The notes under the pieces: generated by a model | Seen by the model: the letters and a program-made list of their open reading frames with translations, nothing else | Database searches by the model: none | What the model was told of the DNA's origin: nothing | Program-made: the position numbers and the translations under genes | Source: Bdellovibrionales bacterium | GTDB taxonomy: Bacteria; Bdellovibrionota; Bdellovibrionia; Bdellovibrionales; UBA1609 | DNA: 64,000 bases | Reading direction: 5' to 3' | Assembly (NCBI GenBank): GCA_965200875.1 | Contig: OZ241456.1 | Coordinates: 1,241,159 to 1,305,158, forward strand | Shown: positions 26,861 to 35,375 of the stretch, piece after piece | Numbering within the stretch: the stretch's first letter is position 1 | Layout of the letters: each line of letters starts with the position of its first letter

Positions 26861-27028
26861 ACTCCCCTCCTCTTTTTAGAGAGATATAACAGATAAGATA
26901 AATATGTCAATATATTTTCTATCTAACATCTCTTAAAACAATTTATTTTCATACCGCCTTATGCCTTAACAAACTGTCCAAATATGAAAACTATATCAGG
27001 TTCAGAGCACATTTTTTTTGCAATTACT

Positions 27029-27232
27029 CCTCTGTGAAAAAGTATGTTTACTTAAGGAAAAAGGATGAAACATCTTCCTAAAACTCAGCAAGATTCCCGT
27101 TTTCACGGGAATGACAGCTGTATGAAAAGAGGTTCAATTATTACACCCTTCTTTCATGTACCTTCTCAAGGGACGTCATTCCCGCGAAAGCGGGAATCCA
27201 GTCAAAATAACATATTTTTTCACGGGCCACTC
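27029..27232. mobile_element. composite MITE-like copy C (two partial copies in opposite orientation)
   Basis: ctctgtgaaaaagtatgtt...gattcccgttttcacgggaatgac ... gtcattcccgcgaaagcgggaatccag...catattttttcacgggccactc. Confidence 0.7.
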
Positions 27233-27439
27233 ATTATAATCAGTGGCCCTAAATATGAAATTAGATCAATGATCCCATTTTTTTTAATTTCTAAGATTGC
27301 ACTGAAGTCGGGAACATTGTAAAATAAATAGATACAAATCAAAATAGTAATCCAACACAAATTTTAGAAGTCTGGAAATAAAAATGAAAACACAAGCTAA
27401 ACCATATATATTCTGTGATCAAAATGTAATGGAGCAGAA

Positions 27440-28432
27440 ATGAATTTTAGTAAAAAACAAAAATCTGAAAATAATCGTTCAAAAGGTGAAGTATTCAAAA
27501 TTGTCCAAAAATGTCTCAAAGACCCTCCCTTGATCATTTGGGGATCTGGAGCAACTATTCCTTACGGCTTGCCAAGTATGGAGAATCTAAAACAATGTCT
27601 AAAATCTGAAATAGGAAACCCAGAGGAGAATACTAACCTTGAAATAGAACTTGGAAAAATTGAAAGTCAGAATAAAATTGATAAAATTAAAAAGATTATC
27701 AGAAGTGAAGTTCTTCAAAAAAACTTGGAGTGTTTGAAAAAATCCATACAGACACCAAATTATTTTGAAGCAATAGAAAAAATGATAAGAAAATTTTACA
27801 CTGCTCACCCTCAAAAGCTGGATATTGTCACAACTAATTATGATTGCATTTTAGAGTATGCTCTATCAAAGACTGATTATAATTTTACAGATGGATTTAC
27901 CGGAAGACCACTATCAAAATTTAAGTCAGAAGTTTTTGGCACAAAAGAAATTATCAATCTAATCAAAGTTCATGGTTCTTTAAATTGGTTTTCTGATAAC
28001 AACGACAATATATTTTATTTACCCGGTGAATATAAATTTGACAACTTGAAATATACGATGATTCCACCGGCCAGAGAGAGAAAATATCAAGAAGCTCTTT
28101 TAAAAGAACCATACAGAACTCTCATTAGAAAAACAGACAATATAATTGAACATGCAAACAGCTTTTTGGTTGTTGGTTTTGGATTTAATGATGAACATTT
28201 GACACCAAAAATTGATGGTAAAATTAAAACAGGCACTCCCATTGTGATTATCACTAAACAAGCCACTGATTCCTGTAAAAATAAATTGAGTAATGCTGAA
28301 AAATATTGTTTATTTGAAAGTAACGAAAATGGAACAAAAATTACATTGAAAGAAAATAAAGATAATACTGAAAAATCCATTGAACTCAAGGGAAATTATT
28401 GGGAACTTAATAAATTTATGGAGGTTTTATGA
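27440..28432 (+). CDS. SIR2-family (SIR2_2) NAD-binding protein of a SIR2-HerA pair
   Basis: LIIWGSGATIPYGLPSM, VTTNYDCILEYAL, KVHGSLNW, VVGFGFNDEH. Confidence 0.8.
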   Translation: MNFSKKQKSENNRSKGEVFKIVQKCLKDPPLIIWGSGATIPYGLPSMENLKQCLKSEIGNPEENTNLEIELGKIESQNKIDKIKKIIRSEVLQKNLECLKKSIQTPNYFEAIEKMIRKFYTAHPQKLDIVTTNYDCILEYALSKTDYNFTDGFTGRPLSKFKSEVFGTKEIINLIKVHGSLNWFSDNNDNIFYLPGEYKFDNLKYTMIPPARERKYQEALLKEPYRTLIRKTDNIIEHANSFLVVGFGFNDEHLTPKIDGKIKTGTPIVIITKQATDSCKNKLSNAEKYCLFESNENGTKITLKENKDNTEKSIELKGNYWELNKFMEVL

Positions 28433-30135
28433 ATCCAAAAGAACAAAAGCCGTTGGGAAAAGTGGAAAGCGTGGATACGGGTAATGTGATTATCAAAGTT
28501 ATTGAAGATCAAAAACTCAATAGCATTCAGGTTAATAATTTGCTTCGTATTCGCTCCACAAAAACAGGAGAAGCCATTATTGGTCTGGTTGTAAAAATTA
28601 TGCGAAAATCTTCTGATAAGCCAGAACCTGATAACCCTGAAGAAATTATTGTTGAAAATGTAATAAAAGCCTGCTTGGTTGGAACATTATTGGATAAACA
28701 TGGTGAAAAATCCAATGTGTTTAAAAGAACACTGGAAACAGTGCCAAGCCTTGATGCTGATTGTTTTCTTATAGAAGGTGAGGAGCTTTCAAGTTTTATG
28801 CAGTCTTTGTCTGTTGGAGATAAAGAAAAAGAAAAGTCATTAAAAATTGGAAAATATGTGATATCAAAAGATGCTGAAACTTATCTGGATGGCAATAAGT
28901 TTTTTCAAAGACATGCTGTAATTGTTGGAAGCACTGGTTCTGGCAAATCTTGGACTGTCGCTAAAATCTTGGAAAAATCCTCTCAATTACAATCTGTGAA
29001 CAGTATTATTTTTGACATTCATGGAGAATACAAGCCATTAAAAGAATTGGATAATACAACTTTGTTAAAAGTAGCTGGACCTATGGATAATGAGGATAGA
29101 GAAGAAACTATATACTTGCCCTATTGGCTTTTATCCTATGAAGAAATAATGGCAATGATGTTGGATAGAAGTGATCAGAATGCTCCCAATCAGTCAAGGG
29201 CTTTGTTTGATCTGGTGATCAAACACAAAAAGAAGAAATTGAAAGAAAATCAAAAACAAGATATTCTGAATAATTTTACCATTGATAGCCCTGTCCCCTA
29301 CTCTATAGGTGAAGTGTTAAAAGAACTTGAAATCAAAGATACAGAAATGGTGCCTGGTTCTGGAAATAGAGACAAACAAGGACCTCTATATGGAAAGCTA
29401 ACCCGTTTTATACAAAGGCTTAAAAGCAAACAAACTGATAAAAGATTAAATTTTCTGTTTAATAATAGTTCAAGCTTACAAAAATATGAATGGCTTGAAA
29501 CTTTGGTTGAAAAACTAATGGATTTTAATAATAAGAAAGGAAACAAAATTATTGATTTTTCAGAGGTGCCCTCAGATATATTGCCATTGATAACAGGCTT
29601 AGTGACAAGGTTGATTTTTTCCATTCAGCAATGGACTGATCTCGCTAAAAGGCATCCTATTGCCTTGTTTTGTGATGAAGCGCATTTGTATATCCCTGTT
29701 AATATAGAGACTTCCAGTGTTGAGGAGCGAGGGCTTTATAATTTTGAAAGAGTTGCCAAAGAAGGAAGAAAATATGGGGTTTCTCTTGTAGTAATTAGTC
29801 AGAGACCGGCGGATGTCAGCAAAACTGTTTTAAGTCAATGTGGGAATTTCGTATCAATGCGACTTTCAAACCCTGATGATCAAAATGTTATAAGACGGCT
29901 ATTCCCGGATAGCTTGGGAAATTTTGCTGAATTATTGCCTATTTTAGATATAGGGGAAAGTTTAATCGTGGGAGATGCCTGTTTGCTCCCAAGCAGAGTA
30001 AAAATTGATGAACCAAAAATTAAGCCAAAAAGTGCCACAGTTAATTTTTGGGACGAATGGAAAAAAGATAAGAAAGATAAAGGGATAAAATCAGCTCTTG
30101 AAGATTTAAGAAGACAAAGCAAATCTAATAAATAA
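28429..30135 (+). CDS. HerA/FtsK-like ATPase (DUF87) of a SIR2-HerA pair
   Basis: Walker A VGSTGSGKSW, Walker B ALFCDEAHLY, and RKYGVSLVVISQRP. ATGA overlap with the SIR2 gene. Confidence 0.85.
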   Translation: MNPKEQKPLGKVESVDTGNVIIKVIEDQKLNSIQVNNLLRIRSTKTGEAIIGLVVKIMRKSSDKPEPDNPEEIIVENVIKACLVGTLLDKHGEKSNVFKRTLETVPSLDADCFLIEGEELSSFMQSLSVGDKEKEKSLKIGKYVISKDAETYLDGNKFFQRHAVIVGSTGSGKSWTVAKILEKSSQLQSVNSIIFDIHGEYKPLKELDNTTLLKVAGPMDNEDREETIYLPYWLLSYEEIMAMMLDRSDQNAPNQSRALFDLVIKHKKKKLKENQKQDILNNFTIDSPVPYSIGEVLKELEIKDTEMVPGSGNRDKQGPLYGKLTRFIQRLKSKQTDKRLNFLFNNSSSLQKYEWLETLVEKLMDFNNKKGNKIIDFSEVPSDILPLITGLVTRLIFSIQQWTDLAKRHPIALFCDEAHLYIPVNIETSSVEERGLYNFERVAKEGRKYGVSLVVISQRPADVSKTVLSQCGNFVSMRLSNPDDQNVIRRLFPDSLGNFAELLPILDIGESLIVGDACLLPSRVKIDEPKIKPKSATVNFWDEWKKDKKDKGIKSALEDLRRQSKSNK

Positions 30136-30170
30136 TTTTCTAATTCAGGTATGTTGAAATGCAGGTATAT

Positions 30171-30836
30171 TTAAGAAAAAACTTTTGGTGTAAAGTCTTT
30201 CTCATTTTGAATGATAACATCATCTATCGCATCAACAACAAAAAAACCTTGCTTTTGAGCTAAATGGCTAGCCGATTTATTATTGGACTTTATTAAAAAA
30301 GCCATTGCTCCATAAATGGTTTTGTTTTTAAATACTGGCCACCAGTTTGTAAAATTCTTAAGGTTTTCTGTAAATTCCTTCACATCGGAAGGATCTAAAG
30401 TGGCTTTCACTTCCACAACCACAGCCTCTTTCTCATTGATAGCGATAATATCAAACTCTGTAAAAGCGTTTTTGGCATTGGTAATGACTCTTTCCACTTC
30501 GATTCCTCTCTCCTTTAATTGCTGAGCCAGACTACCTTTGACAAGGTTTTCACCCAGTTTGCCCCAACCATTTCCAGAATCTCCAATAACATCATTGATT
30601 TGTTTATCGATTTCTTTCATTTGTTGATTGGTTTCTTTGTGGCTGATGGTCAGCTCTTTCATTTGTTGATCGGTTTCTTTTTGGATGGCGCGAATCTCCT
30701 GCATTTCCTGCCTTGCTTCTTTATGGCTGTCTTGAAGCTCTTTTTGGTTGGCAGAAACTTCTTTTAAGTTTTTTTGTGTTTCCTTTAAAAGACTCCAGAT
30801 TTCATCTGAAACAGGTACGGCTGATTGGTGACTCAT
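30171..30836 (-). CDS. coiled-coil protein with a C-terminal PD-(D/E)xK-like nuclease fold (DUF3782-like)
   Basis: N-terminal repeats QKELQDSHKEARQEMQEI / QKETDQQMKEL / HKETNQQMKEI. C-terminal EFDIIAINEKEAVVVEVKATL (D...E-x-K). Confidence 0.55.
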   Translation of the reverse strand: MSHQSAVPVSDEIWSLLKETQKNLKEVSANQKELQDSHKEARQEMQEIRAIQKETDQQMKELTISHKETNQQMKEIDKQINDVIGDSGNGWGKLGENLVKGSLAQQLKERGIEVERVITNAKNAFTEFDIIAINEKEAVVVEVKATLDPSDVKEFTENLKNFTNWWPVFKNKTIYGAMAFLIKSNNKSASHLAQKQGFFVVDAIDDVIIQNEKDFTPKVFS

Positions 30837-30977
30837 TTATGGACTCCTTATGACTATTGATATTATCATACTATAAATGTTGTGAAAAAACCATTTAAAA
30901 CTGTAGGAGTTTTTGTAAGCCTCTAAAACCAAACTTTGAAATCATCTTATGAAAATAAATTGACTTTGGTTTTGACC

Positions 30978-31006
30978 TTGACAGTCAAAACCATAAAAAT
31001 TATACT
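30978..31006 (+). promoter_or_regulatory. near-consensus sigma70-type promoter overlapped by a 10-bp inverted repeat
   Basis: TTGACA (30978-30983), N17, TATACT (31001-31006). The IR tggttttgac/gtcaaaacca (30967-30976 / 30984-30993) brackets the -35. Confidence 0.5.
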
Positions 31007-31014
31007 AAGTTAAT

Positions 31015-31069
31015 AGCCTGTGAAAAACCCTTTTTCCTTAAGAAAACATACTTTTTCACGGAAGACTAA
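31015..31069. mobile_element. internally deleted mini MITE copy D
   Basis: agcctgtgaaaaaccc...aaaacatactttttcacggaagactaa keeps both terminal repeats and lacks the core. Confidence 0.6.
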
Positions 31070-31122
31070 ATTAAACAGAATTATGTACCTCTCCAAAAAA
31101 TAAATTCTGGAATTTTTATTTT

Positions 31123-31389
31123 ATGGAAATAAAGATACAACATATTATGATTATAAGTATTATTATCAGTGCTGGGATTCTTATATCTTCTATTTTAAAT
31201 TTACGTAAAACAAATACTATTATTTTAGATCAAAAAATTATTAAGGAAAGTTTAAAAACAGAGAAGGACCTTATCAGAAGCATTATATATGAGACTTTAA
31301 CTCAAGAACAGTATAATCTTTTAAAAGAGAAGGGGAAATTGGATGAGAACAAGTTATACCTGATATCTGATAAACATTCGTCTAAGTAG
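31123..31389 (+). CDS. small membrane protein, hypothetical
   Basis: 88 aa with one TM segment (IMIISIIISAGILISSIL). The stop codon lies at the edge of MITE copy E. Confidence 0.35.
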   Translation: MEIKIQHIMIISIIISAGILISSILNLRKTNTIILDQKIIKESLKTEKDLIRSIIYETLTQEQYNLLKEKGKLDENKLYLISDKHSSK

Positions 31390-31515
31390 TGGTCCGTGAA
31401 AAAGTATGTTATTTCCCTGGATTCCCGCCTGCGCGGGAATGACGTACCAAGAGGGATTTTTCTTTTTAACAGACAAGTAACCTGTTTTATCAGAGGTTTT
31501 TCACGGGTGACTAAG
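31384..31515. mobile_element. MITE-like element copy E
   Basis: aagtagtggtccgtgaaaaagtatgtt...ggattcccgcctgcgcgggaatgac...ggtttttcacgggtgactaag. Confidence 0.75.
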
Positions 31516-31549
31516 TAGTTGGTGGCCATGAATAAATGATAAAATATTA

Positions 31550-31574
31550 TTATCACTTGATTTTTTTATAATTT
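31550..31574 (+). repeat. 5' part of the conserved intergenic element (copy 3), 10 nt upstream of the ImmA-like gene
   Basis: ttatcacttgatttttttataattt is identical to the start of copy 1 (3828-). Confidence 0.6.
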
Positions 31575-31584
31575 AGGTAAAAGT

Positions 31585-32796
31585 ATGAAAAGGCAAAAAG
31601 CATTAATTACCCCTTCTGTTATTAAGTGGGCCAGAGAAACATCTCGCTATTCCCTTGATACTGTTGCAAAAAAAATAGGAGTCTCACCAGATAAACTGAA
31701 AGAATGGGAACAAGGTGTAAGCCTGCCGAGTCTTGCACAAGCCAGAAAAATGTCAGAGATCTATAGACGACCGTTAGCGACTTTTTATCTCCCTCATCCC
31801 CCAGAGGATTTTACTTTGCTCCAAGATTTTCGTACTATGGAAGGTAAAACTCCTGAATATAGCCCTCCCTTGGTATTCTTTATGAGGCAAATACAGGAAC
31901 GCCAAGCTTGGCTCAGCCAATATTTACAGGAGCAAGGACATAACAAGCTTCACTTTATTGGTTCATTGAGTGTTAAATCCTCTGTAAAATCAGTCGCAAA
32001 AAATATTATCAATACCATTTGGGGAAATGAAAGACAATACTCTGAAGTATGGGATAACACTCGCAATGTAGAAGTTCTTTTAACTCAATGGATTAACCAG
32101 TGTGAAAGGAAAGGAATTTTTATTTCCCGGACCAGTAATTTAAACTCCCACAATCCAATACCTGTCAAAGAAGCAAGGGGTTTTGTTATTTCAGACCCGT
32201 ATGCCCCTTTTATATTTATCAATTCAAAAGATGCCGAAAATGCAAAGTTATTTACACTTTTACATGAGCTTGCTCACTTATGGTTGGATATCTCTGGTGT
32301 ACCGGATCATTTTTTGTCCAGTAAAAAATCAAAAGTAGAGTCTTTTTGTAATCAAACAGCGGCTGAGATACTTCTGCCACAGGAGAAGATAAAAACTTTT
32401 TCAATAGTAACCAGCTTTAATCCAAAAGAGTTAAAAGAATTTATAAACAAACATTGTAAAACATTAAAAGTGAGTAGTCTAGCCTTGTTGATTAGATTAA
32501 AAAGTCAGTCTTTTATAAAATCTCAGATTTTTGAATCTCTTAAAAAAGAATATGTCAAGGAATCTGAACAATACAGAAAGAGAAGAGAGGAACAAATGAA
32601 AAAAAACAAAGGCGGACCTCCTGCCACCCTCTTAAAAATTTATGCCAATGGAGAAAGTTTTACGAAAATTGTTTTTTTCTCTTACAAAGAGGGAATTTTA
32701 ACTGGTCGGGAAGCTTCGAATCTTTTAGACATGAAGCTTGGCAGTCTGGAAAAAGCCATAGAGGGTAAACTCATTAAAACGACAGGGGTAATATGA
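31585..32796 (+). CDS. XRE HTH fused to an ImmA/IrrE-family zinc metallopeptidase
   Basis: N-terminal HTH (IKWARETSRYSLDTVAKKIGVSPDKLKEWEQG) and HExxH (LLHELAHLW). Confidence 0.8.
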   Translation: MKRQKALITPSVIKWARETSRYSLDTVAKKIGVSPDKLKEWEQGVSLPSLAQARKMSEIYRRPLATFYLPHPPEDFTLLQDFRTMEGKTPEYSPPLVFFMRQIQERQAWLSQYLQEQGHNKLHFIGSLSVKSSVKSVAKNIINTIWGNERQYSEVWDNTRNVEVLLTQWINQCERKGIFISRTSNLNSHNPIPVKEARGFVISDPYAPFIFINSKDAENAKLFTLLHELAHLWLDISGVPDHFLSSKKSKVESFCNQTAAEILLPQEKIKTFSIVTSFNPKELKEFINKHCKTLKVSSLALLIRLKSQSFIKSQIFESLKKEYVKESEQYRKRREEQMKKNKGGPPATLLKIYANGESFTKIVFFSYKEGILTGREASNLLDMKLGSLEKAIEGKLIKTTGVI

Positions 32797-33266
32797 AAAA
32801 ATACTGCCTAGATACCAATGTTTTTATAGAACCCTGGAAAAGGTATTATTCTCCTCAATTCACAAAAGGATATTGGAATTTGCTTAAACAATATGGTAAA
32901 AAAGGTATTATTTTTGCCACAATGGAAGTGAAAAATGAAATTAAAAAAATTGATGATGATCTTTTACAGTGGGTCAAAACTTCAGAACTGTTTAGAGAAC
33001 CTGATGAATCTGTGCAAACCTTTTTGAGAAAAATTATGGAAAAATATTCCAGATTGGTGGATAATGTAAAAGGTAGATCTATGGCTGATCCTTGGGTAAT
33101 TGCTCATGCTCAATCTGAGGGGGCCACAGTAGTCACTACAGAGCAAAAAGCTCCTAAGAAAATAAAAATTCCGGATGTGTGCGAAAAAGAAAATATACCT
33201 TGTATTGATATTCATGATTTTGTTAAAGAATTAAAAATAGAATTTACAGCAAAAATTAAAAAATAA
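32793..33266 (+). CDS. DUF4411-family (PIN-like) protein
   Basis: MKKYCLDTNVFIEPWKRYY...SMADPWVIAHAQSEGATVVTTE. ATGA overlap with the ImmA-like gene. Confidence 0.7.
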   Translation: MKKYCLDTNVFIEPWKRYYSPQFTKGYWNLLKQYGKKGIIFATMEVKNEIKKIDDDLLQWVKTSELFREPDESVQTFLRKIMEKYSRLVDNVKGRSMADPWVIAHAQSEGATVVTTEQKAPKKIKIPDVCEKENIPCIDIHDFVKELKIEFTAKIKK

Positions 33267-33327
33267 TGGCTTTATAGATTAAATAAATATAGAAAACATG
33301 AGGATTTTAACCTAAAGAGAATAAATT

Positions 33328-34590
33328 ATGAATTTGATTACGAGTCTTCTTTTACTGTTAATTTGTGCCCGTATTTTTGGTCGGTTGTTTAAGTCTATTG
33401 GCTTTCAGGAAATTATCGGCGAAATACTGGGGGGACTATTAATAGGTCTGACCACTTTAGTATCTCCCAACGAAGAATTAAACGGCATTGTGGAACTGGC
33501 CGTGTTTTTGTTGATTTTTGCCGCTGGGCTGGAAATGAATTTGAAAGATATTTTTTCTGCTCTTAGAAAAAAAGCTCTGATATGCGCCCTGACCAGCTTT
33601 ACTATCTCTTTTACAGCTGGCATTCTTGTGTCCCGCTTCATGGACTTAAAGCTGATTCCCTCATTAGTAGTGGGACTTTGTTTTGCTATCACAGCTATGC
33701 CAGTGGTCGTTGGGTTTTTACAAAATCTGAAAATAATGGACACCCAAGTGGGACACCTTATCATGGGTTCCACAGTCCTGATTGATATAGTGGCTCTGCT
33801 CTTCCTAGGAATCACCTTTGATATGGACAAAACACATACAGTTTTTGAGTTTATAAAAATCTTTTCTTTCAAAACATTTAAGATGGCTTTTTTCTTTATA
33901 GCCATCATGTTGGTGAATAAGTTTTTGCGGTCAGAGATTTCCCGTGCCAATAAAACCGAAAAAGCTTTTAACAAGCTTATCAGCTATCTGGGAAAAGAAG
34001 CCATTTTTGGTTTGGGAATTGTTTTTGTGTTAGGCTTTTCCACTCTCAGTGAAGTGTTGGGTTTTCATTTTATTATAGGAGCTTTTTTCGGAGGATTGCT
34101 TTTAAACAAAGATATTATTGGAACAACCGCTTTCCTTTCCATGACCAGAACTTTAAACGCAATTACCAGCCATTTTCTGACGCCAATTTTTTTCGCCTAT
34201 ATTGGGTTACATTTTTCCATTGATGCCTTTAACGAATGGAAGTTGTTGCTACTTGTAATGTCCATTGCTTTCCTTAGCAAAATTCTAGGATCGTGGCTGG
34301 GTAGTCGCTTGGCTTGCTTCACCAGTAAAGAAGCCCTGCAAGTGGGTATCATTCTTAACTCCAGAGGAGTATTAGATCTTATCGTCGCCAACTTGGCTTA
34401 CTCAAAGGGTTATATTAGTGCCGATATTTTTTCCATTCTCATATTCTTAGGTGTCAGCAGTGTTATTATAAACCCTTTTCTATACAGGAGATTTATTCCC
34501 TCTTCCTCCTCCCCTCCTCCTTCCTCTCCATCCGGGAAAGAAAACCACGACAAAAAAGAAGAGAACGACAAAGGCATTTATATCCGATGA
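33328..34590 (+). CDS. cation:proton antiporter (CPA2/Kef-NapA type)
   Basis: 420 aa, polytopic, with N-terminal LICARIFGRLFKSIGFQEIIGEILGGLLIG typical of Na_H_Exchanger proteins. Confidence 0.8.
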   Translation: MNLITSLLLLLICARIFGRLFKSIGFQEIIGEILGGLLIGLTTLVSPNEELNGIVELAVFLLIFAAGLEMNLKDIFSALRKKALICALTSFTISFTAGILVSRFMDLKLIPSLVVGLCFAITAMPVVVGFLQNLKIMDTQVGHLIMGSTVLIDIVALLFLGITFDMDKTHTVFEFIKIFSFKTFKMAFFFIAIMLVNKFLRSEISRANKTEKAFNKLISYLGKEAIFGLGIVFVLGFSTLSEVLGFHFIIGAFFGGLLLNKDIIGTTAFLSMTRTLNAITSHFLTPIFFAYIGLHFSIDAFNEWKLLLLVMSIAFLSKILGSWLGSRLACFTSKEALQVGIILNSRGVLDLIVANLAYSKGYISADIFSILIFLGVSSVIINPFLYRRFIPSSSSPPPSSPSGKENHDKKEENDKGIYIR

Positions 34591-34636
34591 AAAGAGGACT
34601 CTTGTAATTTTGTGGAAAAAGTGCCATAAAGATAAT

Positions 34637-35209
34637 ATGAGATTATCCAAGAATAAAACAGGATTTTCGCTGATTGAATTGCTTGTCGGGCTGATGATAC
34701 TGGGTATCCTGTCCGGGATTGCTACTATTTCTTATAATAGCTACAAAGTCAGTATAGCTAAAAAAGATATGAAAATGTCAGCAGAGTTTTTTGTCTCTGC
34801 TGTTCAAAATTGTATTACTGCATCGGGCGGATGGTCAATAACCCCACCGGGCGGTGGCACACCAGTTTTACCGTGCAAGGCTACGGATTCCAATCAAGAG
34901 CAATTAAAGATCTACTTAAAACAAAAACTGAATTATAACTGTCCAGCGGACGCAACTTGCAACACACTTGCCAGATCAACCACCCTTGATTCAAGATTTA
35001 GATATTATTGTCTTAGCATTGAGAAAGAAGTATCAGGGAAAAAACTTCAGATTTTTATGCGCATACCTTATGAAAATCCTAGTGATTATCAATTATTTTG
35101 TAATGACCCAGACAGTGATTTATCTGCTTATAAAAGATTACATGAACCAACCTGTGAAAAAGGAGATCATGCAATGACAGGGTTCATAAACCCCTGCCCT
35201 TGGAAATAA
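34637..35209 (+). CDS. type IV pilin-like protein (class III signal peptide), 8 Cys
   Basis: MRLSKNKTG|FSLIELLVGLMILGIL, with Glu at +5. The C-terminus is paralogous to 61911-62534 (YYCLSIEKEVSGKKLQIF). Confidence 0.8.
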   Translation: MRLSKNKTGFSLIELLVGLMILGILSGIATISYNSYKVSIAKKDMKMSAEFFVSAVQNCITASGGWSITPPGGGTPVLPCKATDSNQEQLKIYLKQKLNYNCPADATCNTLARSTTLDSRFRYYCLSIEKEVSGKKLQIFMRIPYENPSDYQLFCNDPDSDLSAYKRLHEPTCEKGDHAMTGFINPCPWK

Positions 35210-35261
35210 AAACAGTTACAAACAAAGTCGGATTAACCTCACTTTTCCTTGCTATGAAAAA

Positions 35262-35295
35262 AAACCGCCATAAATTGCTTATGGTTTCTTTTTTT
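35262..35295 (+). terminator. probable Rho-independent terminator after the pilin gene
   Basis: Imperfect stem aaaccgccataa/ttatggttt followed by a T-rich run (cttttttt). Confidence 0.45.
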
Positions 35296-35375
35296 GCCAT
35301 ATTCTTTTTCTGTAATATGACAAAGGGCAGAAATTAAGTTGTCCTGTCTCTCCTGAAAAGCTATGATAAGCCATT

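Noticed and set aside
20510-33270. Calling the tRNA-adjacent island a prophage or integrative element.
   Set aside because: No integrase/recombinase, phage structural genes or duplication of the tRNA 3' end was found, so only 'defence island' is supported.
33405-33974. 189-aa minus-strand ORF, and similar antisense ORFs inside gspE, gspF, fab genes and sucA.
   Set aside because: Each is fully embedded antisense in a well-supported gene and has low-complexity, Ser/Ile-rich composition typical of AT-rich antisense frames.
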